Source: Bacilli bacterium (lineage in GTDB: Bacteria; Bacillota_I; Bacilli_A; RF39; UBA660). Taken from it: a stretch of DNA of 64,000 nucleotides. Below the pieces are notes generated by a model that was not told where the DNA came from, made no database searches, and saw nothing but the letters and a program-made list of their open reading frames with translations. The stretch spans positions 6,334 through 70,333 of the forward strand of contig JAZAUS010000002.1 of the NCBI GenBank assembly GCA_036342255.1, read 5' to 3'. Of this stretch, positions 11,125 to 21,475 are shown piece by piece. Numbering within the stretch: the stretch's first letter is position 1; the number at the start of each line of letters is the position of its first letter. The position numbers and the translations under genes are program-made.

Positions 11125-13530
11125 TTATTTGGTATGTTTTTCATAATTAGATATTCTTTTATTATATATTTCCATTTCTAATTCTACATCTACTAAACTA
11201 TATAATATTTTTCTTAGTTCTTGATTATAATCTTTTAAATTATTTATTTCTTTTTTATTTAAATCTTCAATTGATTCATCAATTTTCTTAATTATAAGAT
11301 TCCTTATCATATCTCTAGTGTCTTTATCAGGTATTTTTTTATATAAATAATTATTCATTTCAGTAATAGTAGATGTAATTGCTTTTAATTCAATATCTTT
11401 TGTTATTTTAACAGTTTCTTTATTGTTTATTATTTGTTTACTTTCTTCTAATTGATTTAATAAATCTTCTTTATCATATTTTTTTGTTTTTAATGAATCC
11501 ATAATATTATATTGTTTTATCATAATTAATAATTCTTGTATTTCTTTTATAAGTTTAGTTTCTATTTTTTCATATTTAGTATTATTTAATAAATCTTTAT
11601 TACCTATGATATTTTTTAGCATATTAATATATTTTGCCTTTATAGAATTAAATTTATTATTAATATCTTCTTTATAATTATTATTTGATAAATTATTAAC
11701 TATTTCTTCAATTAAATTTAATTCTTCAATTATATCTGATGAAGTATTAGTATTCTTCTCTAAAGCATTTAGTAATTTTACAAATGGTATTATCTTATTA
11801 TAAGATAAAGATACTTCATCATATAATTTAGAGATATTTAAATCTAATTTTTTATCTATATCAAAACCATTGTTATAAGATAAATCTGGTTTAAAATCTA
11901 TACCTTTTTCTAATTCTTTTGATACTCCCCTAGTAGCATCATCTAAATATTTTATTAGTTCTTCTCTATATGATTCTTTATTATTATTTATTTCATTTAT
12001 CATAAATATAATATTATTAATTTTAGCATATATAGAACTATCATCTTTTATTAATTCTTTTGGACTTGTAGATAATATTTTTTTATAATTACTTAATTTT
12101 TCCATATAGTTAATAGCTTTATCTTCACTTGTTAGCTGCAATAGTATTAATTCTAATTCATTTAATAATAATGGTTTTAGTAAATCAATATCTTTTTCAC
12201 CAAGATTAAAGTCATTGCTAGAGCCAAATTCTGGTTTAGCCTCTTTTAGATCTTTTTTATATTGTTTTAGTAATTTACTAACCTTATCTGTTATACTTTT
12301 TTTAGTATTATCTGGTAAATTATTACTAATGTTATATATCTTATCTAATAAGTCTTGTATATCTTCAGAAAAGTCACCATTTTTGAAAGATAGTTCTATT
12401 AATGGGGAAATTAACCTTTTAATTTTTTTTATTTCACTGCTAGTTAGTTCAGGACCATCTAATATAAGTTTAGTTATCCTTTTTGTATCATCATAAATTT
12501 TAACTCTATCATATTCTTTTGTATTTTGTTGGAAAATATTATGCATTATATCTGTATTATTCTTTTTTTTATCCTTATGTGCTTGATCTTTATTACCATT
12601 CAAAATACTTTTTAATTCATTAAAATTAGTATATTTTATAACTTTTGTTAAATTAACAGATTGGAGAATATCTTTTAAAAAATTATTTTCTAGGAAATTA
12701 CTAGTTTTATAATCTGATATTTCTATGAAACTCCAAGGCTTTTTTTTCCACCAATTTTCATAATAATAATCTTTTTCATAATAAGGTACATCACGATTCA
12801 TAACTTCATATGCATATCTACTTATATTTCGATCTTCATTTCCTAAAAAACTATTAAATAGTCCTAATTTTGAATATAAGATTCCATTTTCAACTTCCCA
12901 TTTTATTGGTAAAACTTTTAACCATATTACTTCATTAGATTTTCCTTTTCTATTATCAACAAAACGTATATACTTATTACCTTTATATTCATATTCGTTA
13001 TATTTTGTTACTCTATCCTTACTTTCCCTATTTTGAAATCTATATTTACCATAATATGCATCTGAGGGCTCTGATTTAATTATTGGTGTTGTTTCTATAG
13101 TATATGTATGTCCAGTTAGTTTTAGTTTTTGATAAGCAGATGCTTTGGAATTATTATAGAATGAACTGGCAGTTTTATATAATTGTTCTAGTTCTTGCCC
13201 AACTACTGGGTCAGCCTTAGTTTGAGGATATTCACCAAATTCTATTATATTATCATCACTATATTCATCAATAAGTGATAATAAAATATCTTTGGGTAAT
13301 AATAATTTAGGATATACTATTTCGTTTATTGATCCATATCTAAAAACAGGAATAAATCTGGCCATGTAATAATCATAACTTGTTAATTCAGCTAAATCAG
13401 TTTTATTAAAAGATTCTTCTTCTAAGCATGATGTAGGATATCCTAATGTTTTTATACTCTTATAATCAAGAAGTCTATCAGTTGATATTTTATCTAGATT
13501 AGGACAATAATCTATTTCAATGTGTTCCAT
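11125..13530 (-). CDS. paralog family member P3 (type-2, 801 aa)
   Basis: IEFGEYPQ, YNEYEYKGNKYIRF, WLKVLPIKW, FLKDILQSV, ILDGPEL, NISKLYDEV, KAITSTITEMNNYL. Confidence 0.8.
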   Translation of the reverse strand: MEHIEIDYCPNLDKISTDRLLDYKSIKTLGYPTSCLEEESFNKTDLAELTSYDYYMARFIPVFRYGSINEIVYPKLLLPKDILLSLIDEYSDDNIIEFGEYPQTKADPVVGQELEQLYKTASSFYNNSKASAYQKLKLTGHTYTIETTPIIKSEPSDAYYGKYRFQNRESKDRVTKYNEYEYKGNKYIRFVDNRKGKSNEVIWLKVLPIKWEVENGILYSKLGLFNSFLGNEDRNISRYAYEVMNRDVPYYEKDYYYENWWKKKPWSFIEISDYKTSNFLENNFLKDILQSVNLTKVIKYTNFNELKSILNGNKDQAHKDKKKNNTDIMHNIFQQNTKEYDRVKIYDDTKRITKLILDGPELTSSEIKKIKRLISPLIELSFKNGDFSEDIQDLLDKIYNISNNLPDNTKKSITDKVSKLLKQYKKDLKEAKPEFGSSNDFNLGEKDIDLLKPLLLNELELILLQLTSEDKAINYMEKLSNYKKILSTSPKELIKDDSSIYAKINNIIFMINEINNNKESYREELIKYLDDATRGVSKELEKGIDFKPDLSYNNGFDIDKKLDLNISKLYDEVSLSYNKIIPFVKLLNALEKNTNTSSDIIEELNLIEEIVNNLSNNNYKEDINNKFNSIKAKYINMLKNIIGNKDLLNNTKYEKIETKLIKEIQELLIMIKQYNIMDSLKTKKYDKEDLLNQLEESKQIINNKETVKITKDIELKAITSTITEMNNYLYKKIPDKDTRDMIRNLIIKKIDESIEDLNKKEINNLKDYNQELRKILYSLVDVELEMEIYNKRISNYEKHTK

Positions 13531-13558
13531 ATTTGCCTCCTAATAATTCTTATTATGT

Positions 13559-16500
13559 TCATTTAATAATCTTCTTATATGTTTTCAAATCATATATATA
13601 TATTTCTATTTGTAATCTTACATCCATTAATTTACCTAATACTTCATATAAGTATTTATTATAATCTTTATAATTATTAATTTGAATATCATTTAATTCT
13701 ATTATTTCATTATCAATAATTTCATTTAGTAAATCTTTTACTTCTCTTATAGTATTAATATCAGATATATTATCTATAAGATAATTATATGTTTCTATAA
13801 CAGTAGATGTTATAGCCTTTAATTCATCATAATTAGATAAGTGAGCATCTTCTTTGTTAATTATATCTTTACTTTCTTTTAATTGTTCTAATAAATTATC
13901 TTTAGTATATTTTAGATGAGATTTTATATTTATACTTTCTAAGACATTATATTTTTTTATTAGTTTTAATAAATCTTGTAAATCATTTTTAAGATTTTTT
14001 TCTATTTCATCATATTTTGTTTTATTTAATGATTTGCTATCATTTAAAAGACTTTCTAATATACAAATATTTTCTGCTATTAAAGTATTAAATCTGTTTT
14101 CTATTTCATCTTTATAATCGCTATTATTTTCTATTAATACTTTAATAACCTCTTCTATACCAGATATTATATTAGTTATGTCTATATTGGTACTACCATT
14201 ATTATTTATAAGTGAATTAAGTAACTTTTCAAATGGTACATTTTTTTCATAATAGGTTAAAACTTTATCATATAATTTAGATATGTTTAATTTGAATGTT
14301 TTATCAACATCAAAATTTTTTGGTAATGATATGTCAGGTTTATCATCAATACCTTCTTCTAATAATTTAGATAACTCTTTAATACTATTATCAATAATTG
14401 TATTTAATTCATTCAAATATAATTGTTTCTTATCATCATTCATTTCATTTGTCATAAATATAATATTATTAATCTTAGTTTCTATAGAGTCATTATCTTT
14501 AATAAATTGGGTATTGTTTTGAGATATTATTTTTTTATAATTACTTAATTCTTCTAAGAATTTAATAGTTTTATCTTCATTAGTTAGATTTATATTTATT
14601 ATTTCTAATTTAGATAATAATGATGGTTTTAAAGAATAAATATCATCTTGTCCTATAACAAGTTCATTAGTATGATTAAATTTAGGTTTTAATTTTTGAA
14701 TACCATTATCATATTGCTTTAATAATTCTTTTACTTGATCTGTTATTTTTTTCTTAGCATTATTTGGCAAACCATCACAGATACTATTTATTTTATCTAA
14801 TAAATTTTGAATATCTTTTGGATATTCTTTTGTTTGTTCTTCTTCTATTACAGTTTTCATTTTTTCTTTTTCAATTGAGAAACTATTAATAAACATTTTA
14901 TTATTTAAAAAGGTATATATTCCACTATCAATAAATATAGATTTTTCATTTTTAATCATAGTCATTAATAATACATCTTTACTAATTAGCAAATCATTTT
15001 TTTCATCTATTAACCAAGTAATACCTTTGACTTTATACCATATTTTAACACTTCCTTTTTGTTGAACATAAACATATTTTTCCCCATTATATTCATATTC
15101 ATAGCATTTTTCTTTTAGAGAACTATCTAATTGATATATTCTCCCCGTTTTCTTTAACTCATTATTCTTAAAAAGAAAATCTAAATGATTCATTAAATAT
15201 ACTTCTACTTCTTCTTGAGGATATTCACCAAACTCCACTTCGTAATAATAACCCTGACGAGATGCATTTGGTAATAATTTCTTAACAAGATTTTTTGATT
15301 TTATAACTGGTAATAATTCAATAGAAGAATATTGGTTAAAATATAAATTATTGTTTTTCTGATCTAAAGCCTTAAATATCACTCCATTGTTGTCCATAAA
15401 CCATTTAGAAAACAAGCAATTGTTAAATTCCCCTTTTCTAGGGCTTAAAAGAATAGGATAACTATCAAGAATACTGTTTCTAAAAGTTAAATATATTTTC
15501 TTTGCAAAATCTGTCACATGAATAGGATTATGTCTCAAATCATACATATTTTTTAATGTTTTTTCAATATAATCTGGTGATAATAAAGTTAACTCCATAT
15601 CATTATTGATTCTAAATACTAAATTAGATATTTCTTCAGAAAACATGCCATTAATTAATACATCTAAATCTTTACTATTTCCATATATTATTTCAGCTTT
15701 TGGAGAAAAGAAATGTTTTATAGATTCTAATTCACTTTTATTTAATTCTGGTCCATCTAAAATTATCTTTGATGCTTTATTATAAGTACTAATTCCCCCA
15801 TTATTTTTAATAATAGTATTTAATTCTTTAAAGTTATTATATTTTATAGCCTTAGATAATTTTACTGTTTGTAATATATCTTTTAAAAAATGATCTTCTA
15901 AAAAATTAATAGTTTCTTCTTTTGATGGTTGTAGTCTACTTATTTTACTTAAACCTTTTTTATTTTTATTAATGTCTTCTGTTATAAATAAATTATTAAA
16001 GACACCAATTCTAGAATATAAGTATCCATCTTGATAATCCCATTTTATAGGAGAAACTTTAAACCAATTAACTATAGGTAATAAACTATATTCATCATCA
16101 ACATAACGAATATATTTTTCATTATTAACTTTAAATTCAATACAATTCTTAGCAAATACTCTTCCTTGCATATGAATAACATTAGATTTTTCTCCATTAG
16201 GTAATTTAATAGTCTTCTCTTTCTCTTGAGTAATAATATTATTTGGTATTGTATAAGAATTACCAGTTACCTTTAAAGCATCACTTTTAGTCCTATATAA
16301 ACGTTCTAAATATAAATAGGTTGTTTCATCAACTCCATTTTGAGGATACTCACCAAATTCGATAGTTGAAATTTTAGCATCTTTATTTGAAATAAAAGAC
16401 ATTACTTCATCTGGTAATTTAATTCTTGGATATACTATAGCATTAGATAAATGATCGGGATATTTTGAAGAAATACAGCATGTCAAATCTGCCAAATCAG

Positions 16501-16594
16501 TTGTTTCAAAAGCATATTTTATTCTATCATTATCAGATGCATGTATGGAATCACGCTCTAAATCAGTCAAATAATCTATTTTCATTTTGTCCAT
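13559..16594 (-). CDS. paralog family member P4 (1011 aa, chimeric: type-2 N-module followed by a second type-1 N-module, then common core)
   Basis: two EFGEYPQ / EYEYNGEKY / W-KV-PIKW modules in one ORF (IEFGEYPQNGV... and YYYEVEFGEYPQEEV...), then YPKDIQNLLDKI core. Confidence 0.8.
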   Translation of the reverse strand: MDKMKIDYLTDLERDSIHASDNDRIKYAFETTDLADLTCCISSKYPDHLSNAIVYPRIKLPDEVMSFISNKDAKISTIEFGEYPQNGVDETTYLYLERLYRTKSDALKVTGNSYTIPNNIITQEKEKTIKLPNGEKSNVIHMQGRVFAKNCIEFKVNNEKYIRYVDDEYSLLPIVNWFKVSPIKWDYQDGYLYSRIGVFNNLFITEDINKNKKGLSKISRLQPSKEETINFLEDHFLKDILQTVKLSKAIKYNNFKELNTIIKNNGGISTYNKASKIILDGPELNKSELESIKHFFSPKAEIIYGNSKDLDVLINGMFSEEISNLVFRINNDMELTLLSPDYIEKTLKNMYDLRHNPIHVTDFAKKIYLTFRNSILDSYPILLSPRKGEFNNCLFSKWFMDNNGVIFKALDQKNNNLYFNQYSSIELLPVIKSKNLVKKLLPNASRQGYYYEVEFGEYPQEEVEVYLMNHLDFLFKNNELKKTGRIYQLDSSLKEKCYEYEYNGEKYVYVQQKGSVKIWYKVKGITWLIDEKNDLLISKDVLLMTMIKNEKSIFIDSGIYTFLNNKMFINSFSIEKEKMKTVIEEEQTKEYPKDIQNLLDKINSICDGLPNNAKKKITDQVKELLKQYDNGIQKLKPKFNHTNELVIGQDDIYSLKPSLLSKLEIININLTNEDKTIKFLEELSNYKKIISQNNTQFIKDNDSIETKINNIIFMTNEMNDDKKQLYLNELNTIIDNSIKELSKLLEEGIDDKPDISLPKNFDVDKTFKLNISKLYDKVLTYYEKNVPFEKLLNSLINNNGSTNIDITNIISGIEEVIKVLIENNSDYKDEIENRFNTLIAENICILESLLNDSKSLNKTKYDEIEKNLKNDLQDLLKLIKKYNVLESINIKSHLKYTKDNLLEQLKESKDIINKEDAHLSNYDELKAITSTVIETYNYLIDNISDINTIREVKDLLNEIIDNEIIELNDIQINNYKDYNKYLYEVLGKLMDVRLQIEIYIYDLKTYKKIIK

Positions 16595-16618
16595 ATTATC
16601 AACCTTTCAACTTATTAT

Positions 16619-17044
16619 TTATACTCTTTTATTTGTATTCTTTTTACCAAAAATATTTGTATTAATAAATATAAATATATTTGATATTAATATTATTGTA
16701 TCTATTAACAATCCAGCAAAAGAGAATACATGTATACTATATATAACCCTAGCTGTATATGAAATAATAGCTCCTATTGTTACATATTTCTTCTCTAGAG
16801 TTAGACTATAACCATCTACTAAACTAGCAAATATTGGTAAGTAATCATACCAATTTCTTACACATAATAAGCTTATGGATATATATAATATAGCGCTAAC
16901 TATAAATATATATTTATCTTTATCTGTTTTATAATATAAGAAATCTCTTGTTCCTTCAAGTAAATATGTACAAGCACCACTATAAGCACCTAATAAAATA
17001 TAATGAATAAAATCTAATGCTCCTGATATAATATGAAAAGACAA
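16619..17044 (-). CDS. small polytopic membrane protein inside the array; TTG start, possible 5' frameshifted extension to 17136
   Basis: 141-aa hydrophobic ORF; overlapping ATG-initiated 40-aa hydrophobic ORF (17014..17136) in another frame suggests frameshift or sequencing error. Confidence 0.4.
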   Translation of the reverse strand: MSFHIISGALDFIHYILLGAYSGACTYLLEGTRDFLYYKTDKDKYIFIVSAILYISISLLCVRNWYDYLPIFASLVDGYSLTLEKKYVTIGAIISYTARVIYSIHVFSFAGLLIDTIILISNIFIFINTNIFGKKNTNKRV

Positions 17045-17183
17045 TCTTTATTAGTATCTTTTCTAAAATAACTTAGTATTAAAAATAATCCTGCTAATAA
17101 ACCTATAAACTGTATTATTAAAAATTTTATTTCCATATTGTATCCCTTATTCTATTAATTATTTATTTTATAAATATTTTAAG

Positions 17184-19322
17184 CTATCTAGTACGTTCAT
17201 TATATTCTTTAACTTTTTTTAAATACATATCCATATGTATTCTTACATTCATTATTTCTTTCAAAATTTCAAATACTATTTTACTATATTCTTCATAATT
17301 TTTAATTTTTATATTATTATTGTCTATTTTATAATTATATTTATCTAGTATCTTTTTTAAATCATCAAATATTTCCTTCTTTATTTCTTCATCTATTTCA
17401 CTATCTAATAAATCATTGTTTAATTCTGCAATTGTAGATTCAATAATATCATTACTATTTTCATAGGGAACATCACATTTTTCATAGCCTTCTATTATTT
17501 TTTTACAAAGGCATAATTGGTTACCTAATTCATAATTATAATTCATATACTTTTTAGGGGTTAAAGGAGTTAATACTTCTAATAAATTATATTTCTTTAT
17601 TAATAGTAATAATTCTTGTAATTCTCTTCTAAAATTTACTTCTATTTTTTCATAGTTAGAATTTTTTAACAGTTCATCATTATTAATAATATTTTTAATC
17701 ATATTAATGTATTTAATTATAATATTATTTTTTTTTCTTTTTATTTCTTCTTTTTGTTCTTTATCAGTTAATTCAGATGTTATTTTATTAATTCCTGTTA
17801 ATAGTTCATCTATTTCTGAAAGATTATCTTTTCCTTCTAATGAAGATAATAGTTTTTCAAAAGGTATTGCCTTTTCATGATATAATGATACATTATCATA
17901 TAATTTAGATATATTTAATTTAAGTTGCATATCAGCATCAAATCTTGGAGGAAAGGCATCTGGTTTATCATCTATACCTTTTTCTAACTCTTTTGATACT
18001 TCTTTAATAGCTTCATCTATATATTTAACTAATTCATTTTCAAAAAAATCTTTCTTATTACTAGTTATATCGTTTATCATTACTATAATATTATTAATCT
18101 GACTATCTATAGAATCATCATTTCTTATTAGTTCTTTAGGATTTGTAAATAATAATCTTTTATAGTCACTTAACTTTGATAATAAATTAATGGCTTTTTT
18201 TTCGCTTGTTAGTTTCATAACTATCATTTCTAATTCAACTAATAGTGTAGATTTTATCATACTAATATCTTTTTTATCAATATCAAATTCATCATTAAGA
18301 CTGTATTTTGGTTTAGAATCTTCTAAATCTTTATCATAATCACTTAATAATTTATCTACTTTGTCTAAGATAGGTTTTCTTGCATTATCTGGTAAATTAT
18401 CAACTATATTATTTATTTTATCTAATAATTCTTGTATATCTTGAGGATATTTGCCATATTTTTGTTTTTTTACTGACTGTAAAATATCTTTAACCATATA
18501 CTTATTCATAAATCTATATAGAGAAGAATCTTCAAATCTATAATTGCTACCATGACTTCCAGGACCATCATAACAAAATCGATTAGCAAGAGGTATACCT
18601 GATAGTATTCCATTTTTACATATAAACAATTCTCTTTCTGGATCAATAATCCACTTTAATGGTTGGACCTCATACCAAACCTTTTTAGTTTTACTTTTAT
18701 TTAAATAGTTCATACTGGCGATGGGAGCATTTTCTACATCTACACAAACATATCTTTTACCATTATATTCATATTCATCATATGCTATAACATTATCATC
18801 ACTAAACTTTTCTTCATTTTTTTCATCATCATCTTTCAAATAATATTTTCTATCAGTTTTATTTAATTGATCAAATGATAACATTCTAGTTAATTCTATT
18901 TGTAAATCAGTGCTTGCCATATTTTGAGGATACTCTCCAAATTCTACTTCTAATATGCCATTATTTTTATTTCCTTTAGGAAATAAATATTTAAATAAAG
19001 ATGATGATTTTATAACTGGAAGTATAATTCCATTGGACAAGCATCTATCTAATTCCCCCTTCTTACCATTTTCTAAAATAGTACTATAACTTACCTTAAT
19101 ATAATCAAAATTATTAGATGTCAATATCATATAAGGATACTTTCTATTTGATAAAGCTTTGGCTAAATCAGAACTTGGAATTTTAGAATGAGTCTTTTTA
19201 AGCTTTTCTATGTATTCATGAAATGTTTCTATTCTTCTATACTGAGAAAAAACTTCTTTTCTTTGATTTAATCCCCAAACATCATATGGTGAAAGTATAA
19301 TCATTTCAACATCATTAAACAT
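17184..19322 (-). CDS. paralog family member P5 (type-1, 712 aa)
   Basis: N-term VEMIILSPYDVWG, LEVEFGEYPQ, YDEYEYNGKRYV, WYEVQPLKW, YPQDIQELLDKI core. Confidence 0.8.
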   Translation of the reverse strand: MFNDVEMIILSPYDVWGLNQRKEVFSQYRRIETFHEYIEKLKKTHSKIPSSDLAKALSNRKYPYMILTSNNFDYIKVSYSTILENGKKGELDRCLSNGIILPVIKSSSLFKYLFPKGNKNNGILEVEFGEYPQNMASTDLQIELTRMLSFDQLNKTDRKYYLKDDDEKNEEKFSDDNVIAYDEYEYNGKRYVCVDVENAPIASMNYLNKSKTKKVWYEVQPLKWIIDPERELFICKNGILSGIPLANRFCYDGPGSHGSNYRFEDSSLYRFMNKYMVKDILQSVKKQKYGKYPQDIQELLDKINNIVDNLPDNARKPILDKVDKLLSDYDKDLEDSKPKYSLNDEFDIDKKDISMIKSTLLVELEMIVMKLTSEKKAINLLSKLSDYKRLLFTNPKELIRNDDSIDSQINNIIVMINDITSNKKDFFENELVKYIDEAIKEVSKELEKGIDDKPDAFPPRFDADMQLKLNISKLYDNVSLYHEKAIPFEKLLSSLEGKDNLSEIDELLTGINKITSELTDKEQKEEIKRKKNNIIIKYINMIKNIINNDELLKNSNYEKIEVNFRRELQELLLLIKKYNLLEVLTPLTPKKYMNYNYELGNQLCLCKKIIEGYEKCDVPYENSNDIIESTIAELNNDLLDSEIDEEIKKEIFDDLKKILDKYNYKIDNNNIKIKNYEEYSKIVFEILKEIMNVRIHMDMYLKKVKEYNERTR

Positions 19323-19340
19323 ATTATCACTCCTCGTATA

Positions 19341-21443
19341 TTATCTTGTATATTCTTTCCATTCTTTCATATTAGCTATATAATTATTTATTTCTATCTT
19401 TATTCCCATTATATCACTTAGAATCTTTTTTAACTCTTCCATATATTCTTTTGGATTATTTATATCAGTTTTTTCAAGTTCTAATTCTTTTTTGTCTATA
19501 ATACTAACTAAATCATGTTTTATTTCTTTTTTAGTATCATTATCTATTACACTATTAATTAAATGATTATTAATATCTATAATTGTAGAAGTAATAGATT
19601 GTAATTCAATCTCATTAGTTATTTCAACTACTTTATTACCTAATATTATTTGTTTGCTATCTTGTAATTCTTTAATTAGATTATTTTTACTATAATTTTT
19701 AGGTTTACATAATTCTAATATATTATATTTTTTTATTAATAATAATAATTCTTGTAATTCTTTTCGTAAATTATTCTCTATCTTTTCATACTTAGTATTT
19801 TTAATTAGTTCATCATTACCTATAATATTATTAATCATAGATATATAATTAGTTTTAATATCATTAAACTTAGTTTCTAATTCTTCTTTATACTCTTTAT
19901 TAGGAAATTCTGAAATAATCTTTTTTATATCTAATATCATTTTTCCTATTTCTGAATCATTATTACTATCTGTTTCAAATGCTTTAATTATCTTTTCATA
20001 TGGTATAACTTTATCATAATAAAAAGAAACATCGTCATATAACTTAGATATATTTAATTCTAATTTTTTATCTGCACCAAACCATTCTTTGATAGATATA
20101 TCTGGTTTATTATCTATACCTCTTTCTAATTCTTTAGATACCTCTTTAATAGCATTAGATATATACTTAATTAAATCATTTCTAAATAATTCTTTTTTAC
20201 TATTACTAATTTCATTTATCATAAATATAATATTATTAATTTTACTATCTAAAGAATCATCACCTTTTATTAGGTCTTTAGGATTTGTAGATAATAACTT
20301 CTTATAATCACTTAGTTTTGATAAAAACTTAATAGCTTTTTCCTCACTTGTTAAACTTATAATTATCATATCTAATTCTGTAATTAAATTTGTTTGTAAA
20401 AATTTAACATTTTTTAATTCTATTATTAATTCATGTTTAGGATTAAACATTGGTTTTGTCTGTTCAACATCTTTATCATATTCAATTAATAATTTATCTA
20501 CTTCCATCATAATAGAACTTTTTACATCATCTGGTAACTTACTACATACTTTAATTATTTCATTTATTTTTTCTTGTACTTCTTTAGGATATTTACTATA
20601 ATTTCTTGCTGGTTCAGATGATAATGATTTATCTTCTTCTAAAGAAACTGTTTGCATGATATCTTTTAACATACATCTAGTTATAAAATGATAAATCGCA
20701 GTATTTGAGTATTTAATCGTTCTCGCATACTTTTCATTTATTTTAGGTGCATAATATTTTATATTAGATAAAAGAGCTTTTTCACATACAAAACATTTTC
20801 TTTTCTCATCAACTAACCACTTTATTGGTTTTACCTCAAACCATCTATTTTTTTTATTACTTACATAATATCCAACTCTTTTAGGATTTGATTTTTCTTC
20901 TGGAATACAAATATACTTTTTTCCATTATATTCATACTCATCGTATGCTATTCTAGTTGCACTCCAATCTGTATTCCAACCTCCTTCCCATTCTTCAGTT
21001 ATATAATATCTTCTTCCAGTTTTATGTAATTGGTTAAGTGATAATTTATTATCTAGTTGTCTTTGCTCTACACTACTTACTTTTTCTTGAGGATATTCTC
21101 CAAATTCTACTTCATAGTAACCTTTCCAAACAGCTTTAGGAAATAATTGTTTAAATAACTCTTCTGAAGTAATAACAGGAAGTATTGCTCCATCCAAGTC
21201 ATAATGTGTAAATTCTTTTTCTCCATTTGGTAAAATGGAAACACCCATTAAATAATCTGAATAATAAGGATTGCCTTGAATTTCGGTACCACTTGTATGT
21301 ATGATTAGTGGTTCTTTCCCAGTATAAAGCTCCTGTGCTAAATCAGTACAAGAAAAACTTGTACCATATTCTTTTAAAACATCTAATTTATCTTCTCCCC
21401 AAACATCTTCTGGAGATAATAAAGATATTTCTACATTTTTCAT
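19341..21443 (-). CDS. paralog family member P6 (type-1, 700 aa)
   Basis: N-term VEISLLSPEDVWG, YYEVEFGEYPQ, YDEYEYNGKKYI, WFEVKPIKW, ITSTIIDINNHL. Confidence 0.8.
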   Translation of the reverse strand: MKNVEISLLSPEDVWGEDKLDVLKEYGTSFSCTDLAQELYTGKEPLIIHTSGTEIQGNPYYSDYLMGVSILPNGEKEFTHYDLDGAILPVITSEELFKQLFPKAVWKGYYEVEFGEYPQEKVSSVEQRQLDNKLSLNQLHKTGRRYYITEEWEGGWNTDWSATRIAYDEYEYNGKKYICIPEEKSNPKRVGYYVSNKKNRWFEVKPIKWLVDEKRKCFVCEKALLSNIKYYAPKINEKYARTIKYSNTAIYHFITRCMLKDIMQTVSLEEDKSLSSEPARNYSKYPKEVQEKINEIIKVCSKLPDDVKSSIMMEVDKLLIEYDKDVEQTKPMFNPKHELIIELKNVKFLQTNLITELDMIIISLTSEEKAIKFLSKLSDYKKLLSTNPKDLIKGDDSLDSKINNIIFMINEISNSKKELFRNDLIKYISNAIKEVSKELERGIDNKPDISIKEWFGADKKLELNISKLYDDVSFYYDKVIPYEKIIKAFETDSNNDSEIGKMILDIKKIISEFPNKEYKEELETKFNDIKTNYISMINNIIGNDELIKNTKYEKIENNLRKELQELLLLIKKYNILELCKPKNYSKNNLIKELQDSKQIILGNKVVEITNEIELQSITSTIIDINNHLINSVIDNDTKKEIKHDLVSIIDKKELELEKTDINNPKEYMEELKKILSDIMGIKIEINNYIANMKEWKEYTR

Positions 21444-21475
21444 ATTATCACTTCTTTCAGATTTTACTAAGTCTA

